Assembly (NCBI GenBank): GCA_050996715.1
Contig: JBPCRP010000025.1
Span: 8,032 to 72,031, forward strand
Direction: 5' to 3'
DNA from: Propionibacteriaceae bacterium
Lineage (GTDB): Bacteria; Actinomycetota; Actinomycetes; Propionibacteriales; Propionibacteriaceae
DNA length: 64,000 bases
Numbering within the stretch: the first letter of the stretch is position 1; each line of letters begins with the position of its first letter. The notes under the pieces were generated by a model, which ran no database searches, was not told where the DNA came from, and was given only the letters and a program-made list of their open reading frames with translations. Shown in pieces: positions 10,334-19,063 of the stretch. The position numbers and the translations under genes were made by a program.

Positions 10334-11542
10334 TCAGGTCACCCGGAGCTGGAAGCCACGCAACGCGTAGCCGGCGATGAGGTCGTCCCACTCGATCCGC
10401 GGTTCGCGGCTCATGACGACGTCGTGGCTGAGCAACCGGTGCAGCAGCACGTCCGACTCCAGGATCGCCAGTGGCTGGCCGGGGCACCGATGGGCCCCGT
10501 CGCCGAAGCTCAGCACCGCCTCGTTCACCCCGGGCGGCAAGGTGCGCCCCGGCCGCAGGTCGAACGGGCACTCGCCCACCGTGGCCGGGTCGGCGTTCGC
10601 GGCCCGGACGTCGAGATCCAGCAGGTCGCCCGGTGCGGCGGTGTGCACAGTCGCGTCGTGGTCGAACGACACCGGCTCCTGCACCCGCCGGTACAGGTGC
10701 CCCACGACCGGCTCCAGGCGGATGATTTCGTTGAGCAACGACAGCCGTTCCGGCTGCTCGGCGGCCAGATAGCGCTCGAGCAGCACCCGGTCGGACAGCA
10801 GGTGCCAGGCCGCCATGGCGATGAACTCCCGCGTGGTGACCATGCCCGCGGTTCCGTAGGTCACGCACTCGACAAGGATGTCGGCGTCGGTGTACCCCTC
10901 GGCGATCAGGTGGCTGATCACGTCGCGCTGCGGTTGTCGTCGTCGGGCGCGGATCGCCGGCCGCACGTCGGCCAGATAGAAGCGGACCACCGGCACCAGA
11001 CCCTTGCGGGCCGCCTGCATCCAGTCCCGCCTGGTCCGGCCCAGGTCGCTCCGGGTGATGTCGAACGGCGGCTGGTCGAAGAAGGACTCCAACCGGCGGG
11101 CCATCTTCGGCACCGACGAGTTGGTCAGGCCCACCGCGGCGGCGGTCACCTCCACGGTGTAGAGCAGCGCCAGCTCGTCCAACACCACCGGCCGCCCGGC
11201 CGCGTCGGCGAGCAGCCGGTCGGCGCACTCCTGCATCAGCCCGGTGAACCGGGACGCCACGACCTTGGGGGCGAAGAACCGACCCACCTTGGTCCGCTGC
11301 TCGTCGTGCAACGGCCCGTCGGAGATCAGGATCGGGTGGTGCTTGAGGTAACCCTTGGGGATGGCCTCGGCCGTGAACCCTGCCTGGGTCGTCCGGTGCC
11401 GCTCCCGCAACAGCTGCCGCACGACCGCCGCGGACCGGATCCGCCAGACGTGACCGCCGGTCGCCATCGGGGTCTGCTCCACCGCGGGCGACGACGCGTC
11501 ACCGCTCCGGACCGCCCGGCGCCGGCCGTCGGGTTCGGACAC
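10334..11542 (-). CDS. cytochrome P450
   Basis: Heme-binding loop FGDGAHRCPGQPLA, I-helix AGMVTTRE and ExxR (EIIRLEP). Confidence 0.9.
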   Translation of the reverse strand: MSEPDGRRRAVRSGDASSPAVEQTPMATGGHVWRIRSAAVVRQLLRERHRTTQAGFTAEAIPKGYLKHHPILISDGPLHDEQRTKVGRFFAPKVVASRFTGLMQECADRLLADAAGRPVVLDELALLYTVEVTAAAVGLTNSSVPKMARRLESFFDQPPFDITRSDLGRTRRDWMQAARKGLVPVVRFYLADVRPAIRARRRQPQRDVISHLIAEGYTDADILVECVTYGTAGMVTTREFIAMAAWHLLSDRVLLERYLAAEQPERLSLLNEIIRLEPVVGHLYRRVQEPVSFDHDATVHTAAPGDLLDLDVRAANADPATVGECPFDLRPGRTLPPGVNEAVLSFGDGAHRCPGQPLAILESDVLLHRLLSHDVVMSREPRIEWDDLIAGYALRGFQLRVT

Positions 11543-11570
11543 CCGACGATCCTTCCACAGCCCGGCCGGG

Positions 11571-12605
11571 TCAGGGAACCGCGACCATGAGGCCGTCCGA
11601 GCCGGCTCGGTCCATCGCGGCGAGCGCCGCCGGGATCTCGTCGAGACGGATCACCCGGCCGAGTAGCCGTCCGGGGTCGAGCCGGCCGTCGGTGATCATG
11701 GCCAGCATCGCCGGGTAGTCGGCGGCGGCCATCCCGTGGCTGCCGAAGATCAGCAGCTCGCGACTGATCACCAGGTCCATCGGCACCGGGGGCGCGGCCT
11801 GGTCGCCGAGCAGCAGGCCGACCTGGACATGCCGGCCCCGACGGCGGAGGCTGCGGACCGCGGTGTCGAGCAGGGTGGGCGAGCCGAGGGCGTCGACGCT
11901 CACGTGCGCTCCCCCGAGATCGTGGATCGCTGTGGGCACGTCGATCTCGGTCGGATCCATGATCACGTCGGCGCCGAGGCGCCGGGCCCGGTCGAGAGCC
12001 GTCGGGCTGACGTCGACGGCGATGACCCGGGCTCCCAGCGACCTGCTGATCATGATCGCCGACAGACCGACCCCGCCGCAGCCGAAGATCGCCACCGTCT
12101 CCTCCGGTTGCACCCGGGCGTGTCCGACCAGCGCACGGTACGCCGTGGCGAACCGGCACCCCAGCGACGCCGCGGCCACGAAGCTCAGATCGGCGGGCAG
12201 CCGGACCAGGTTGGCGTCGGCGGCGTACAGCGCGACCTGCTCGGCGAACGAGCCGTCGTGGGTGAATCCGGGCTGGGTCTGGTGCGGGCAGACCTGCGGG
12301 TCCCCCGCCGCACAGATGGGGCAGGTCCCGCAGCCGCAGACGAAGGGCACCGTCACCCGATCGCCGACGGCGAACCGCCGTACTGCCGGGCCGGTACGCA
12401 GCACCGTCCCCGCCAGCTCGTGACCGCCGACGTGGGGGAGCGGTACCGGGTCGTGACCGCGCCAGGCGTGCCAGTCCGACCGGCAGACCCCGGTCGCCCC
12501 GACCGCCACCACCACCCCGTCGACGGGGCAGTCGGGCTCGGGCCATGCGGTCAGGTACGGGGTCGCCCCCACCGCGTCGTAGACCACCGCTCGCACCCGC
12601 CTCAT
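11571..12605 (-). CDS. Zn-dependent alcohol dehydrogenase (MDR family)
   Basis: From MRRVRAVVYD (ATG 12605): GVCRSDWH, GHELAG, CGxCxxC and the GCGGVGL Rossmann motif. The upstream part of the 640-aa ORF is Arg/Pro-rich noise. Confidence 0.85.
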   Translation of the reverse strand: MRRVRAVVYDAVGATPYLTAWPEPDCPVDGVVVAVGATGVCRSDWHAWRGHDPVPLPHVGGHELAGTVLRTGPAVRRFAVGDRVTVPFVCGCGTCPICAAGDPQVCPHQTQPGFTHDGSFAEQVALYAADANLVRLPADLSFVAAASLGCRFATAYRALVGHARVQPEETVAIFGCGGVGLSAIMISRSLGARVIAVDVSPTALDRARRLGADVIMDPTEIDVPTAIHDLGGAHVSVDALGSPTLLDTAVRSLRRRGRHVQVGLLLGDQAAPPVPMDLVISRELLIFGSHGMAAADYPAMLAMITDGRLDPGRLLGRVIRLDEIPAALAAMDRAGSDGLMVAVP

Positions 12606-12617
12606 CCAACAGGACGC

Positions 12618-12674
12618 CCACCAGCCAGCTTCTGCCGCATCCTGTCGGCGTGTCGGACAGCAACTGACTGGTGG
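12618..12674 (+). repeat. intergenic hairpin repeat, family 2 (degenerate copy)
   Basis: CCACCAGCCAG-CTTCTGCCG-CATCCTGTCGGCGTGT-CGGACAGCAA-CTGACTGGTGG. Lies in the divergent ADH/DUF427 region. Confidence 0.7.
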
Positions 12675-12728
12675 CGGTCGCGGTGCGCGGGCGGTGACGT
12701 CGGGGCCTGGCGGTTCGGCGGCAAGGCG

Positions 12729-13508
12729 GTGTTCACTGAAAGCGTGCGAACCGAGGCGAGTGAGCGGTGGGTGCGGGGCTGGATGGGGTCCACCGTCGTG
12801 GTGGAGAGCCGGGATCCGTTGTTGTTCTGGGAGGACGACTTCCCCGTTCCGAGCTACGCGTTCCGAGCCGAAGACGTCAGGACCGAGCTGTTCACCCCGA
12901 CTACGGCGCTGCCCCCCGCACAGCCCTGGTTCTTCCTGCCGCACAGCGAGGTGAAGCGCTGGTACGACCTCGAGGCCGACGGCCGAGTGGTCGAGCACGC
13001 CGCCTGGGAGCTCGCCGACGCGGCCGTAGCCGGGCGGATCGTGGTCAGCTGGCAACCTGGCCTGCTCGACCGGTGGACCGAGGAGGACGCGGAGGTCGCC
13101 AGCCACCCGCAGGACCCGCACCACCGCGTCGACGCCCTGCCGAGCAGTCGGCACGTGGTCGTGTCGGTGGGCGGAGCGGTCCTGGCCGACAGCCGCCATC
13201 CGGTCGTGCTGTTCGAGACCGGGCTGCCGACCCGCTTCTATCTGCCGACGGGCGACGTCGACCTGAGCCGACTGGAGACCAGCGAGAACGCGAGTCACTG
13301 CCCCTACAAGGGGATCGCCGACCGCTACTGGAGCCTGCCGGACGTACCGAACCTCGCCTGGGGTTACACCCGGCCGACCCCGGCCGTCGACGGGATCGCC
13401 GGCCGGATCTGCTTCTACAACGAGCTGGTCGACCTCACCGTCGACGGGGTGGAGCTCCCCCGCGCGGTCTCCCCGTTCTCCGAGACGAAGCACCGCCCCG
13501 GATCCTGA
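12729..13508 (+). CDS. DUF427 domain-containing protein (two DUF427-like halves)
   Basis: The tail of ORF 11736..13508 carries HCPYKGIADRYW (DUF427 signature) and an N-terminal half RWVRGWMGSTVVVESRDPLLFWED. Start is uncertain: GTG 12729 or ATG near 12783. Confidence 0.65.
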   Translation: MFTESVRTEASERWVRGWMGSTVVVESRDPLLFWEDDFPVPSYAFRAEDVRTELFTPTTALPPAQPWFFLPHSEVKRWYDLEADGRVVEHAAWELADAAVAGRIVVSWQPGLLDRWTEEDAEVASHPQDPHHRVDALPSSRHVVVSVGGAVLADSRHPVVLFETGLPTRFYLPTGDVDLSRLETSENASHCPYKGIADRYWSLPDVPNLAWGYTRPTPAVDGIAGRICFYNELVDLTVDGVELPRAVSPFSETKHRPGS

Positions 13509-13575
13509 CGCCGACCAGTCAGTTCCTGCCCGACACGCCGACAGAACGCGGCAGAACCTGACTGGTCGGGGTCAG
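13506..13575 (-). repeat. intergenic hairpin repeat, family 2
   Basis: TGACGCCGACCAGTCAG...CTGACTGGTCGGGGTCA. The terminal TGA and TCA are the stop codons of the two convergent genes. The core CGACACGCCG is the reverse complement of CGGCGTGTCG. Confidence 0.85.
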
Positions 13576-15098
13576 GCGGTGCGGCGGAGCCGGCGTACGG
13601 CGGGGATCCGGGCCGACATCGGCACCGTCCAGAGCTCGTGGCCGGAACGCCCCCAGCCCGCCAGCAGCTGGTTCGCGGCCAGAAAGCCGGTGGTCGTGGC
13701 CCGCTCCATCAAGGCGACCGGGAAGTCGCAGCGGATGCCGTCGCCGGCCAGCACCAGCCGGGGGTCGGGGGTCGACACCTCGGGTCGGGAAGCCCAGGGC
13801 TCGGTCCCCACCAGCGGACAGTCGTCACGGACCAACCACTGCTCGGCGACGGTCTGCGCGGCGGCCGTCTCGGGGTAGATCCGGGTCAGCTGGGTGAGCA
13901 GCTCGGCCCGGACGACGTCGGGTTCGGCGGTCATCGCGTACGCGTGCAGCTCGACGACCGAGCCGTCGTGCGCGGCCGCCCACCGGGCCGCGCCGGCCTC
14001 GAACCGCTCCAGCACGGTGACGTTGTCCAGGGGGCCGAAGCCGCTCGTCCCGAGGAAGGCGAGCCGGTCGGCGTCCACCGGGCGATCCAGCCACAGCCGC
14101 AGCACGCCGAACGGCGGGGCGTCCTGGGTGACGGCGATGCCCTCGCGCCAGCCGGGGGTGCCCAAGGTCTCGGCCCGTCGGACCAGTGCCCGGGTGGTCC
14201 GGAGGTCGGTGGCCAGCACCACCCCGTCGGCGGTGAGTTCTTCGCCGGCCACGGTGACGCTCATCCCCGACGCCGAGGCGGCGACCGCGAGGGCCGGCGT
14301 CCCCGTGCGGATCTCGACGCCGAGGTGACGCAGGTAGGCCCCGAGCGGCGCCCAGAGCGCGGTGTCGTAGTCGTCGGTGGGCACGTCGAAGAGCAGACCC
14401 TCGGCCGAGCCCATGAAGTAGCTGTGGAACATCGCCACCAGCTCCCCGGCCGAGAACTCGCGCGGGTCGGCGAAGAAGCTGCGAGCGAACACCTCCAGTG
14501 CCAGGTGCCGGGCGGTGTCGGGGAAGTTGAGCCGGTCGAGGAACTCCGCCGCGCTCACCCCGTCGTACGCGCTCAGGGTGGCCGGGAAGTCCACGTCGAG
14601 CAGACCCAGCGCCGCGTCGATGTCGACGTGCCGCAGGTCACGCAGCCGGAAGCTGGGACTGGCCAGCACGAACGCGGCCACTCCCCACGGCGGGGTCCTG
14701 GGGATCGCAGCGAACGAGTCCTGAGGCCCGTCGGCGAGCCGCAGCGGATAGTCCGCGATCGCGACGAGCCGCTCGAGCCCGGGGTCGGCCCGGCGGAGCA
14801 GGCTGCGCAGGTTGTAGTACTGCCGGAAGAACGCATGGAATCCGCGACTCATGGTGGCCGGGTCGTCCGCGACGTCGACCGGCCAGGCCCGGACCCGACC
14901 GCCGAGCTCCGCCTCGGCCTCGAGCAGGGTGACGGCAATCCCCCGCTCGGCCAGGCCGGTGGCGGCGGCCAGACCGGCGATCCCACCGCCCACCACGACC
15001 ACCCGCGGCCGTTCGGGACCGGAGCCGCGCGGGGTCGGCGGCAGGTGCCGAACGGCCAGCCGGTCGCGGCCGGGGATCCAGGCGCGTGCAGGAGTCAC
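13572..15098 (-). CDS. FAD-dependent oxidoreductase (amine oxidase / carotenoid desaturase superfamily; possibly CrtU/CrtD-like)
   Basis: VVVVGGGIAGLAAATGLAERGIAVTLLEAEAELGGRV dinucleotide fold, 508 aa. GTG start lies 1 nt after the upstream methyltransferase stop. The carotenoid role is inferred from context only. Confidence 0.75.
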   Translation of the reverse strand: MTPARAWIPGRDRLAVRHLPPTPRGSGPERPRVVVVGGGIAGLAAATGLAERGIAVTLLEAEAELGGRVRAWPVDVADDPATMSRGFHAFFRQYYNLRSLLRRADPGLERLVAIADYPLRLADGPQDSFAAIPRTPPWGVAAFVLASPSFRLRDLRHVDIDAALGLLDVDFPATLSAYDGVSAAEFLDRLNFPDTARHLALEVFARSFFADPREFSAGELVAMFHSYFMGSAEGLLFDVPTDDYDTALWAPLGAYLRHLGVEIRTGTPALAVAASASGMSVTVAGEELTADGVVLATDLRTTRALVRRAETLGTPGWREGIAVTQDAPPFGVLRLWLDRPVDADRLAFLGTSGFGPLDNVTVLERFEAGAARWAAAHDGSVVELHAYAMTAEPDVVRAELLTQLTRIYPETAAAQTVAEQWLVRDDCPLVGTEPWASRPEVSTPDPRLVLAGDGIRCDFPVALMERATTTGFLAANQLLAGWGRSGHELWTVPMSARIPAVRRLRRTA

Positions 15099-15099
15099 C

Positions 15100-15843
15100 T
15101 CAGCGCGGCTTGCGGGCGGCGAAGGTGTGCAGGATGCCGCGCTGCCAGCCCGGCACGGTGCGGACGCGGACGTCGACGAAGCCCACCCGCTGCATCCGGG
15201 CCATGAAGATCTCGGTCGAGTCGAAGTCCATCACGCTGCGCCACAGGTAGCGGTAGAGCCGGATGTGCAGGGAGGTCAGCCAGGCCAGCGGGATCACCGC
15301 GAGCCAGCAGACCAGCGACCAGACGAACTGGTGGCGCGGGCGGCCGGCGACCGAGTACTCCTGGACGACCAAGGTGCCGCCGGGAGCCAGCAGGTCGTAC
15401 GCCGCGGCCAGCACCTCGTCGCGCGCGGTCACGTTGCGGAACAGGTAGGCGGCGAAGATCCCGTCGACCGGCGCCGCGAGACCCCAGCCGTCGCGCGAGC
15501 TGGATAGCTCCTCGGCGCGTCCGGTCACGAAACGCACCCCACGGCGCCACCGCTTCTGCCGGGCCTGGGTGAGCATGCCGGCCGACGCGTCCACCCCGAC
15601 CAGGTCGATGCCGTCGGGCGCCGAGACCGCTTCGCCCAGCTGGGAGAGGATCGCCCGGGTCGAGGCGCCGGAGCCGCAGCCGAGGTCGACCAGGCGTAAC
15701 GGACGGCCGCCCCGCTCCGCGCCCCACTCGGCCATGTCGGCGGCCAGGGTGTCGGCGGCCGAGCGCAGGTGCCGGTGGTAGCCGGGGTTGAGCGCCACCA
15801 TCAGGTCGTAGCGCCCCGCGGCGGCGTCGAACGCCCCGGGCAC
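15100..15843 (-). CDS. class I SAM-dependent methyltransferase (possibly CrtT-like)
   Basis: LVDLGCGSGAST motif I, 247 aa, tightly coupled to the downstream FAD oxidoreductase. Confidence 0.75.
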   Translation of the reverse strand: MPGAFDAAAGRYDLMVALNPGYHRHLRSAADTLAADMAEWGAERGGRPLRLVDLGCGSGASTRAILSQLGEAVSAPDGIDLVGVDASAGMLTQARQKRWRRGVRFVTGRAEELSSSRDGWGLAAPVDGIFAAYLFRNVTARDEVLAAAYDLLAPGGTLVVQEYSVAGRPRHQFVWSLVCWLAVIPLAWLTSLHIRLYRYLWRSVMDFDSTEIFMARMQRVGFVDVRVRTVPGWQRGILHTFAARKPR

Positions 15844-16007
15844 CTCCTCGACGCTGGTGATCGGGGGCGACGCCGGGCTGGTCGGCCGGGTCTGCGTACG
15901 GGTCGGGGCGTACTCGGACCGGTCGATGACACACCTGCTTCGGAACTCGCGGGACGGAAGGCCACAGTGATCCTAACGACCGGCCGCGACTGCACCATGA
16001 TGGGCGG

Positions 16008-16697
16008 ATGCGCGTCGTCGGGGTGATCAGGTCCGGGGCCGGGGTCGCGACCCCGGTGGTGGCTGCCGAGCTGCCCCACGGAGTCGACCCGACCCGGTTG
16101 CTGTGGGAGCGGGGGTACGCCTCGCCCGAGCCGGTCGACGCCGTCCGAGACGCGGCGGGCGAGCTCGTGCTGACCGTACGCGTGACCACGCCGGCCGGAC
16201 CCGAGCCCGAGGTGTGCGACGTCCGCGTTGACGCCGGGCTGACGCTGGCGGCCGAGGAGACACCGGAGATGCGGCAACGCGTGGCGGCGTACGCCGTGGT
16301 GGTGTCGGAGCGGGGCCTGCTCGCCACGGAGTTCTCCGCGCGGACGGCCGCCCCGGGAGGGTGGGGACTGCCGGGTGGCGGCGTCGACCCGGGTGAGGAA
16401 CCGGTGGACGCGGTCCGACGCGAGGTGCACGAGGAGACCGCCCAGCACGTGGTGGTGGGGGCGTTGTTGCAGGTGCAGAGCTCGCACTGGGTCGGCCGGG
16501 CACCCCAGGGCACCGTCGAGGACTTCCACGCCGTCCGGTTGATCTACCGCGCCGAGTGCGCCCACCCCGGCGACCCGGAGGTGCTGGACGTCGACGGCAC
16601 CACCGCCTCAGCCCGCTGGGTACCCCGGGAGCTGATCGCTACGTTGGACTGGACCTCCGGCTGGCGGACCCTGCTCGACGCGTGGCTGACCCCCTGA
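16008..16697 (+). CDS. NUDIX hydrolase
   Basis: Nudix box GGWGLPGGGVDPGEEPVDAVRREVHEETAQ. Confidence 0.85.
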   Translation: MRVVGVIRSGAGVATPVVAAELPHGVDPTRLLWERGYASPEPVDAVRDAAGELVLTVRVTTPAGPEPEVCDVRVDAGLTLAAEETPEMRQRVAAYAVVVSERGLLATEFSARTAAPGGWGLPGGGVDPGEEPVDAVRREVHEETAQHVVVGALLQVQSSHWVGRAPQGTVEDFHAVRLIYRAECAHPGDPEVLDVDGTTASARWVPRELIATLDWTSGWRTLLDAWLTP

Positions 16698-16787
16698 CCT
16701 GCTGACCTGCTGACCTGCTGACCTGCTGACCTGCTGACCTGCTGACCTGCTGACCTGCTGACTGCTGACCTGCTGACTGCTGACCCG
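16695..16787 (+). repeat. 8-bp microsatellite (TGACCTGC)x8 followed by 7/8-bp variants
   Basis: Eight perfect TGACCTGC units from 16695 (the first TGA is the Nudix stop), then TGACTGC, TGACCTGC, TGACTGC and TGACCCGC. Confidence 0.95.
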
Positions 16788-16845
16788 CGGTCCGCCGGAA
16801 CCCGTCGGACCACTGACTCATCCGAACCACCGAGGAGCCACCATC

Positions 16846-17487
16846 GTGCGGACGAAAATCGTCGTCGGACTGGCCGCGGCCGCCATTCTGCTGGCCGGCT
16901 GCGGGTCGAACGGGTCGCAGTCGACCGACCCGCCAGCACCCCAGGCGTCCACCACCCCGCCGGCCGCGTCCGCCACACCGGCCTCGCCCGCACCCTCGCC
17001 GTCGTCGGCCTCCCCGCCGGCCTCCCCACCAGCCTCCCCGTCGGCGGCCTCACCATCGGCGAGCCGGGGGGCCGTCACCAACCCGTGCCAGGTCATCCCG
17101 GCGGCGGCGACGAAGGCGCTGATCGGGTACACGTTCGCGGCGGCGAAGTCGGGCACGGTCGCCGGGAGCAAGCTCTGCAGCTACGTGCCCGCATCGATGG
17201 ACGATCCTTCGCTCATCGCCCAGGAGATCGCGCTCACCGGCGACTTCGACCGTTTCGCGGCCACCGCCGAGGACCAGTTGCCCGGGGCGAAGTCCCGTGA
17301 CATCAAGGTCGACGGCGCCGAGCACGCCAGGTTTGTCACCGCGAAGCTGTCCGGCTCTCCCACGGTCGCGATACTGGCGAGCGCGAACGGCGTGTTCTAC
17401 CAGGTGATCATCGGCGGCGCGAAGCTCGACCTCACCGATGCCCAAAAAGCCGCCACGACGTACGCCACCGCCCTCATCACGGGCTGA
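16846..17487 (+). CDS. secreted lipoprotein with Pro/Ala/Ser-rich linker, unknown function
   Basis: Signal peptide with lipobox LLAGC, PAS-rich linker, then a Cys-containing globular domain. GAGGAG lies upstream of the GTG start. Confidence 0.75.
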   Translation: MRTKIVVGLAAAAILLAGCGSNGSQSTDPPAPQASTTPPAASATPASPAPSPSSASPPASPPASPSAASPSASRGAVTNPCQVIPAAATKALIGYTFAAAKSGTVAGSKLCSYVPASMDDPSLIAQEIALTGDFDRFAATAEDQLPGAKSRDIKVDGAEHARFVTAKLSGSPTVAILASANGVFYQVIIGGAKLDLTDAQKAATTYATALITG

Positions 17488-17495
17488 CGGGCTCA

Positions 17496-17586
17496 GAGGA
17501 AACCAAGTTAACGTGGTGTCCACTCACTGTGCATGGCAGATCTGCCGTGTAGGGCGAGAGGAAACCACGTTAACTTGGTTTCCCAG
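17496..17586. repeat. nested palindromic element (family 4) between convergent genes
   Basis: A perfect 20-bp inverted repeat, GGAAACCAAGTTAACGTGGT (17498-17517) / ACCACGTTAACTTGGTTTCC (17564-17583), encloses the perfect palindrome GGCAGATCTGCC (17535-17546), which is followed by GTGT. Confidence 0.9.
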
Positions 17587-17591
17587 CCCCC

Positions 17592-18962
17592 TCAGTCGAT
17601 GTCGCCGAGCAGGTCCTGGCGGGTGAGGACGCCGACGGGTCGGCCGTCGTCGAGCACGAGCAGGGCGTCGGTCTCCACGAGGGCACTGACCGCGGCGGCC
17701 ACCGGCTCGGAGGCGCCCAGGCTCGGCAACGGCGGTTCCATCACAGTCTCGACGGCGTCGGCCGGGCGTACGGTCCCGGCGAAGAGCGCGCCCAGCAGAC
17801 CCCGTTCGCTGACCGACCCGGCCACCTCGGCCGCCATCACCGGCGGCTCGGCGCGGACGACCGGCACCTGCGAGACGCCGTACTCGCGCAGGATGGCCAC
17901 GGCCTCGGCGATGGTCTCGTTGGGATGGGTGTGCACCAGGGTGGGCAGCGCCCCGGACTTCTCGCGGAGCACGTCCCCAACCGCCCGGACCGACGCGTCG
18001 GCGCGGTGCGCGAACCCGTAGCGGGTCAGCCACTCGTCGTTGAACACCTTGGTCAGGTACCCGCGTCCGGAGTCGGGCAGCAGCACCACGACCACCGCGT
18101 CGGGGTCGTCGAGCTCGGCCGCCAGGCGGACGGCAGCCGCGGTGGCCATCCCGCACGATCCGCCGACCAGCAGCGCCTCCTCGCGGGCCAGACGCCGGGT
18201 CATCGCGAACGAGTCCCCGTCGGAGACCTCGATGACGCGGTCGCAGACGGTCCGGTCGTACGTCGCGGGCCAGAAGTCCTCCCCCACGCCCTCGACCAGG
18301 TAGGGCCGGCCGGTACCACCGGAGTAAACCGAGCCGGTGGGGTCCGCACCGACGACCTGGACCCGGCCGTCGGAGACCTCTTTGAGGTAGCGACCGACCC
18401 CGGAGATGGTTCCGCCGGTGCCGATGCCCGCGACGAAGCGGGTGGTCTTCCCGTCGGTCTGGGCCCAGATCTCGGGACCGGTGGTCTCGTAGTGGCTGCG
18501 CGGGTTGTGCGGGTTGGAGTACTGGTCGGGCTTCCACGCGCCGTCGATCTCGCGGACCAACCGGTCGGAGACCGAGTAGTAGGAGTCCGGATGCTCGGGT
18601 TCGACCGCGGTCGGGCAGACGACCACCCGCGCACCGTACGCCTTGAGCACGTTGCGCTTGTCCTCACTGACCTTGTCGGGGCAGACGAAAACACAGTGGT
18701 AGCCCTTGGACTGGGCGACGATCGCCAAGCCGACGCCCGTGTTGCCGCTGGTCGGCTCCACGATGGTGCCGCCGGGCTTGAGCAGACCCTCGGCCTCGGC
18801 CGCCTCGATCATCCGGACCGCGATCCGGTCCTTCACCGAGCCGCCCGGGTTGAGGTACTCCACCTTGGCGAGCACCAGCGGCTGTGCCCCCTGTGTCACC
18901 CGGGACAGCCGGACGAGTGGGGTGTTGCCGACGAGGTCGATGAGTGAGGTCACATACTGCAC
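17592..18962 (-). CDS. cbs: cystathionine beta-synthase (PLP domain plus tandem CBS domains)
   Basis: LIDLVGNTPLVRL, LNPGGSVKDRIA and GTGGTISG PLP-enzyme motifs, plus a C-terminal CBS pair. 456 aa. Confidence 0.9.
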   Translation of the reverse strand: MQYVTSLIDLVGNTPLVRLSRVTQGAQPLVLAKVEYLNPGGSVKDRIAVRMIEAAEAEGLLKPGGTIVEPTSGNTGVGLAIVAQSKGYHCVFVCPDKVSEDKRNVLKAYGARVVVCPTAVEPEHPDSYYSVSDRLVREIDGAWKPDQYSNPHNPRSHYETTGPEIWAQTDGKTTRFVAGIGTGGTISGVGRYLKEVSDGRVQVVGADPTGSVYSGGTGRPYLVEGVGEDFWPATYDRTVCDRVIEVSDGDSFAMTRRLAREEALLVGGSCGMATAAAVRLAAELDDPDAVVVVLLPDSGRGYLTKVFNDEWLTRYGFAHRADASVRAVGDVLREKSGALPTLVHTHPNETIAEAVAILREYGVSQVPVVRAEPPVMAAEVAGSVSERGLLGALFAGTVRPADAVETVMEPPLPSLGASEPVAAAVSALVETDALLVLDDGRPVGVLTRQDLLGDID

Positions 18963-19004
18963 GACGGTGAGCCTAGTGGCGCCCCCCGCCAGTTACCCAC
19001 GGGT

Positions 19005-19060
19005 AAGTGGTCACTCTTCCGGGGGCCTACGGCGTGTCCCGGGTCGTCTGTGACCACTTT
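19005..19060 (+). repeat. intergenic hairpin repeat, family 1, copy A
   Basis: AAGTGGTCAC...GGCGTGTCCC...GTGACCACTT. About 80% identical to the copies at 37567 and 45029. Confidence 0.85.
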
Positions 19061-19063
19061 CCC

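Noticed and set aside
16695-16787. Possible CRISPR array
   Set aside because: The units are 8 bp and contiguous, with no spacers, and there are no cas genes. This is a microsatellite, not CRISPR.
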